A stretch of DNA of 64,000 nucleotides from NCBI RefSeq assembly GCF_053078305.1, contig NZ_CP166879.1; one strand, written 5' to 3'. Numbering within the stretch: position 1 is the first letter of the stretch; every line of letters starts with the position of its first letter. The notes below the pieces were generated by a model. The model saw only the letters and a list, made by a program, of their open reading frames with translations. It was not told the DNA's origin and made no database searches. Below are positions 63,991 to 64,000 of the stretch, piece by piece. The translations under genes were made by a program, and so were the position numbers.

Positions 63991-64000
63991 GATAAAACTC

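Overview
This window reads as a contiguous, gene-dense stretch of Escherichia coli K-12-type chromosome, in reverse orientation to the usual map, running from yeaL (truncated at the window start) to ydjM. Gene identities come from recognising the translated ORFs against remembered E. coli proteins; no database search was run. I call about 62 protein-coding genes, including yeaK, the tandem GGDEF genes yeaJ/yeaI, yeaG-yeaH, mipA, yeaE, yeaD-gapA, msrB-yeaC, the ydjL-ydjE carbohydrate cluster, pncA-ansA, sppA, ydjA-selD-topB, ynjI, gdhA, nudG, ynjE/ynjF, the ydjXYZ-ynjABCD operon, xthA, astCADBE, spy, ves, cho, nadE, osmE, chbBCARFG, katE, cedA, ydjO, tcyP and ydjM. Predicted lengths match the K-12 lengths I remember for almost every gene once the correct internal start is chosen. 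I see no rRNA, tRNA, CRISPR array, IS element or prophage. The non-coding features I can support are REP/BIME repeats, several intrinsic terminators, a sigma-54 promoter upstream of astC, and a few candidate operator sites. The most notable anomaly is pncA: its ORF is only 165 codons and lacks the roughly 48-residue metal-binding loop of the 213-aa nicotinamidase, consistent with a 144-bp in-frame deletion. Other points worth a second look are the apparent non-ATG start of yeaI together with its degenerate GGDEF motif, the AT-rich orphan genes ynjI and ydjO, the uncharacterised ydjXYZ-ynjABCD/ynjE locus, and repeat motifs upstream of ydjF and ydjL.
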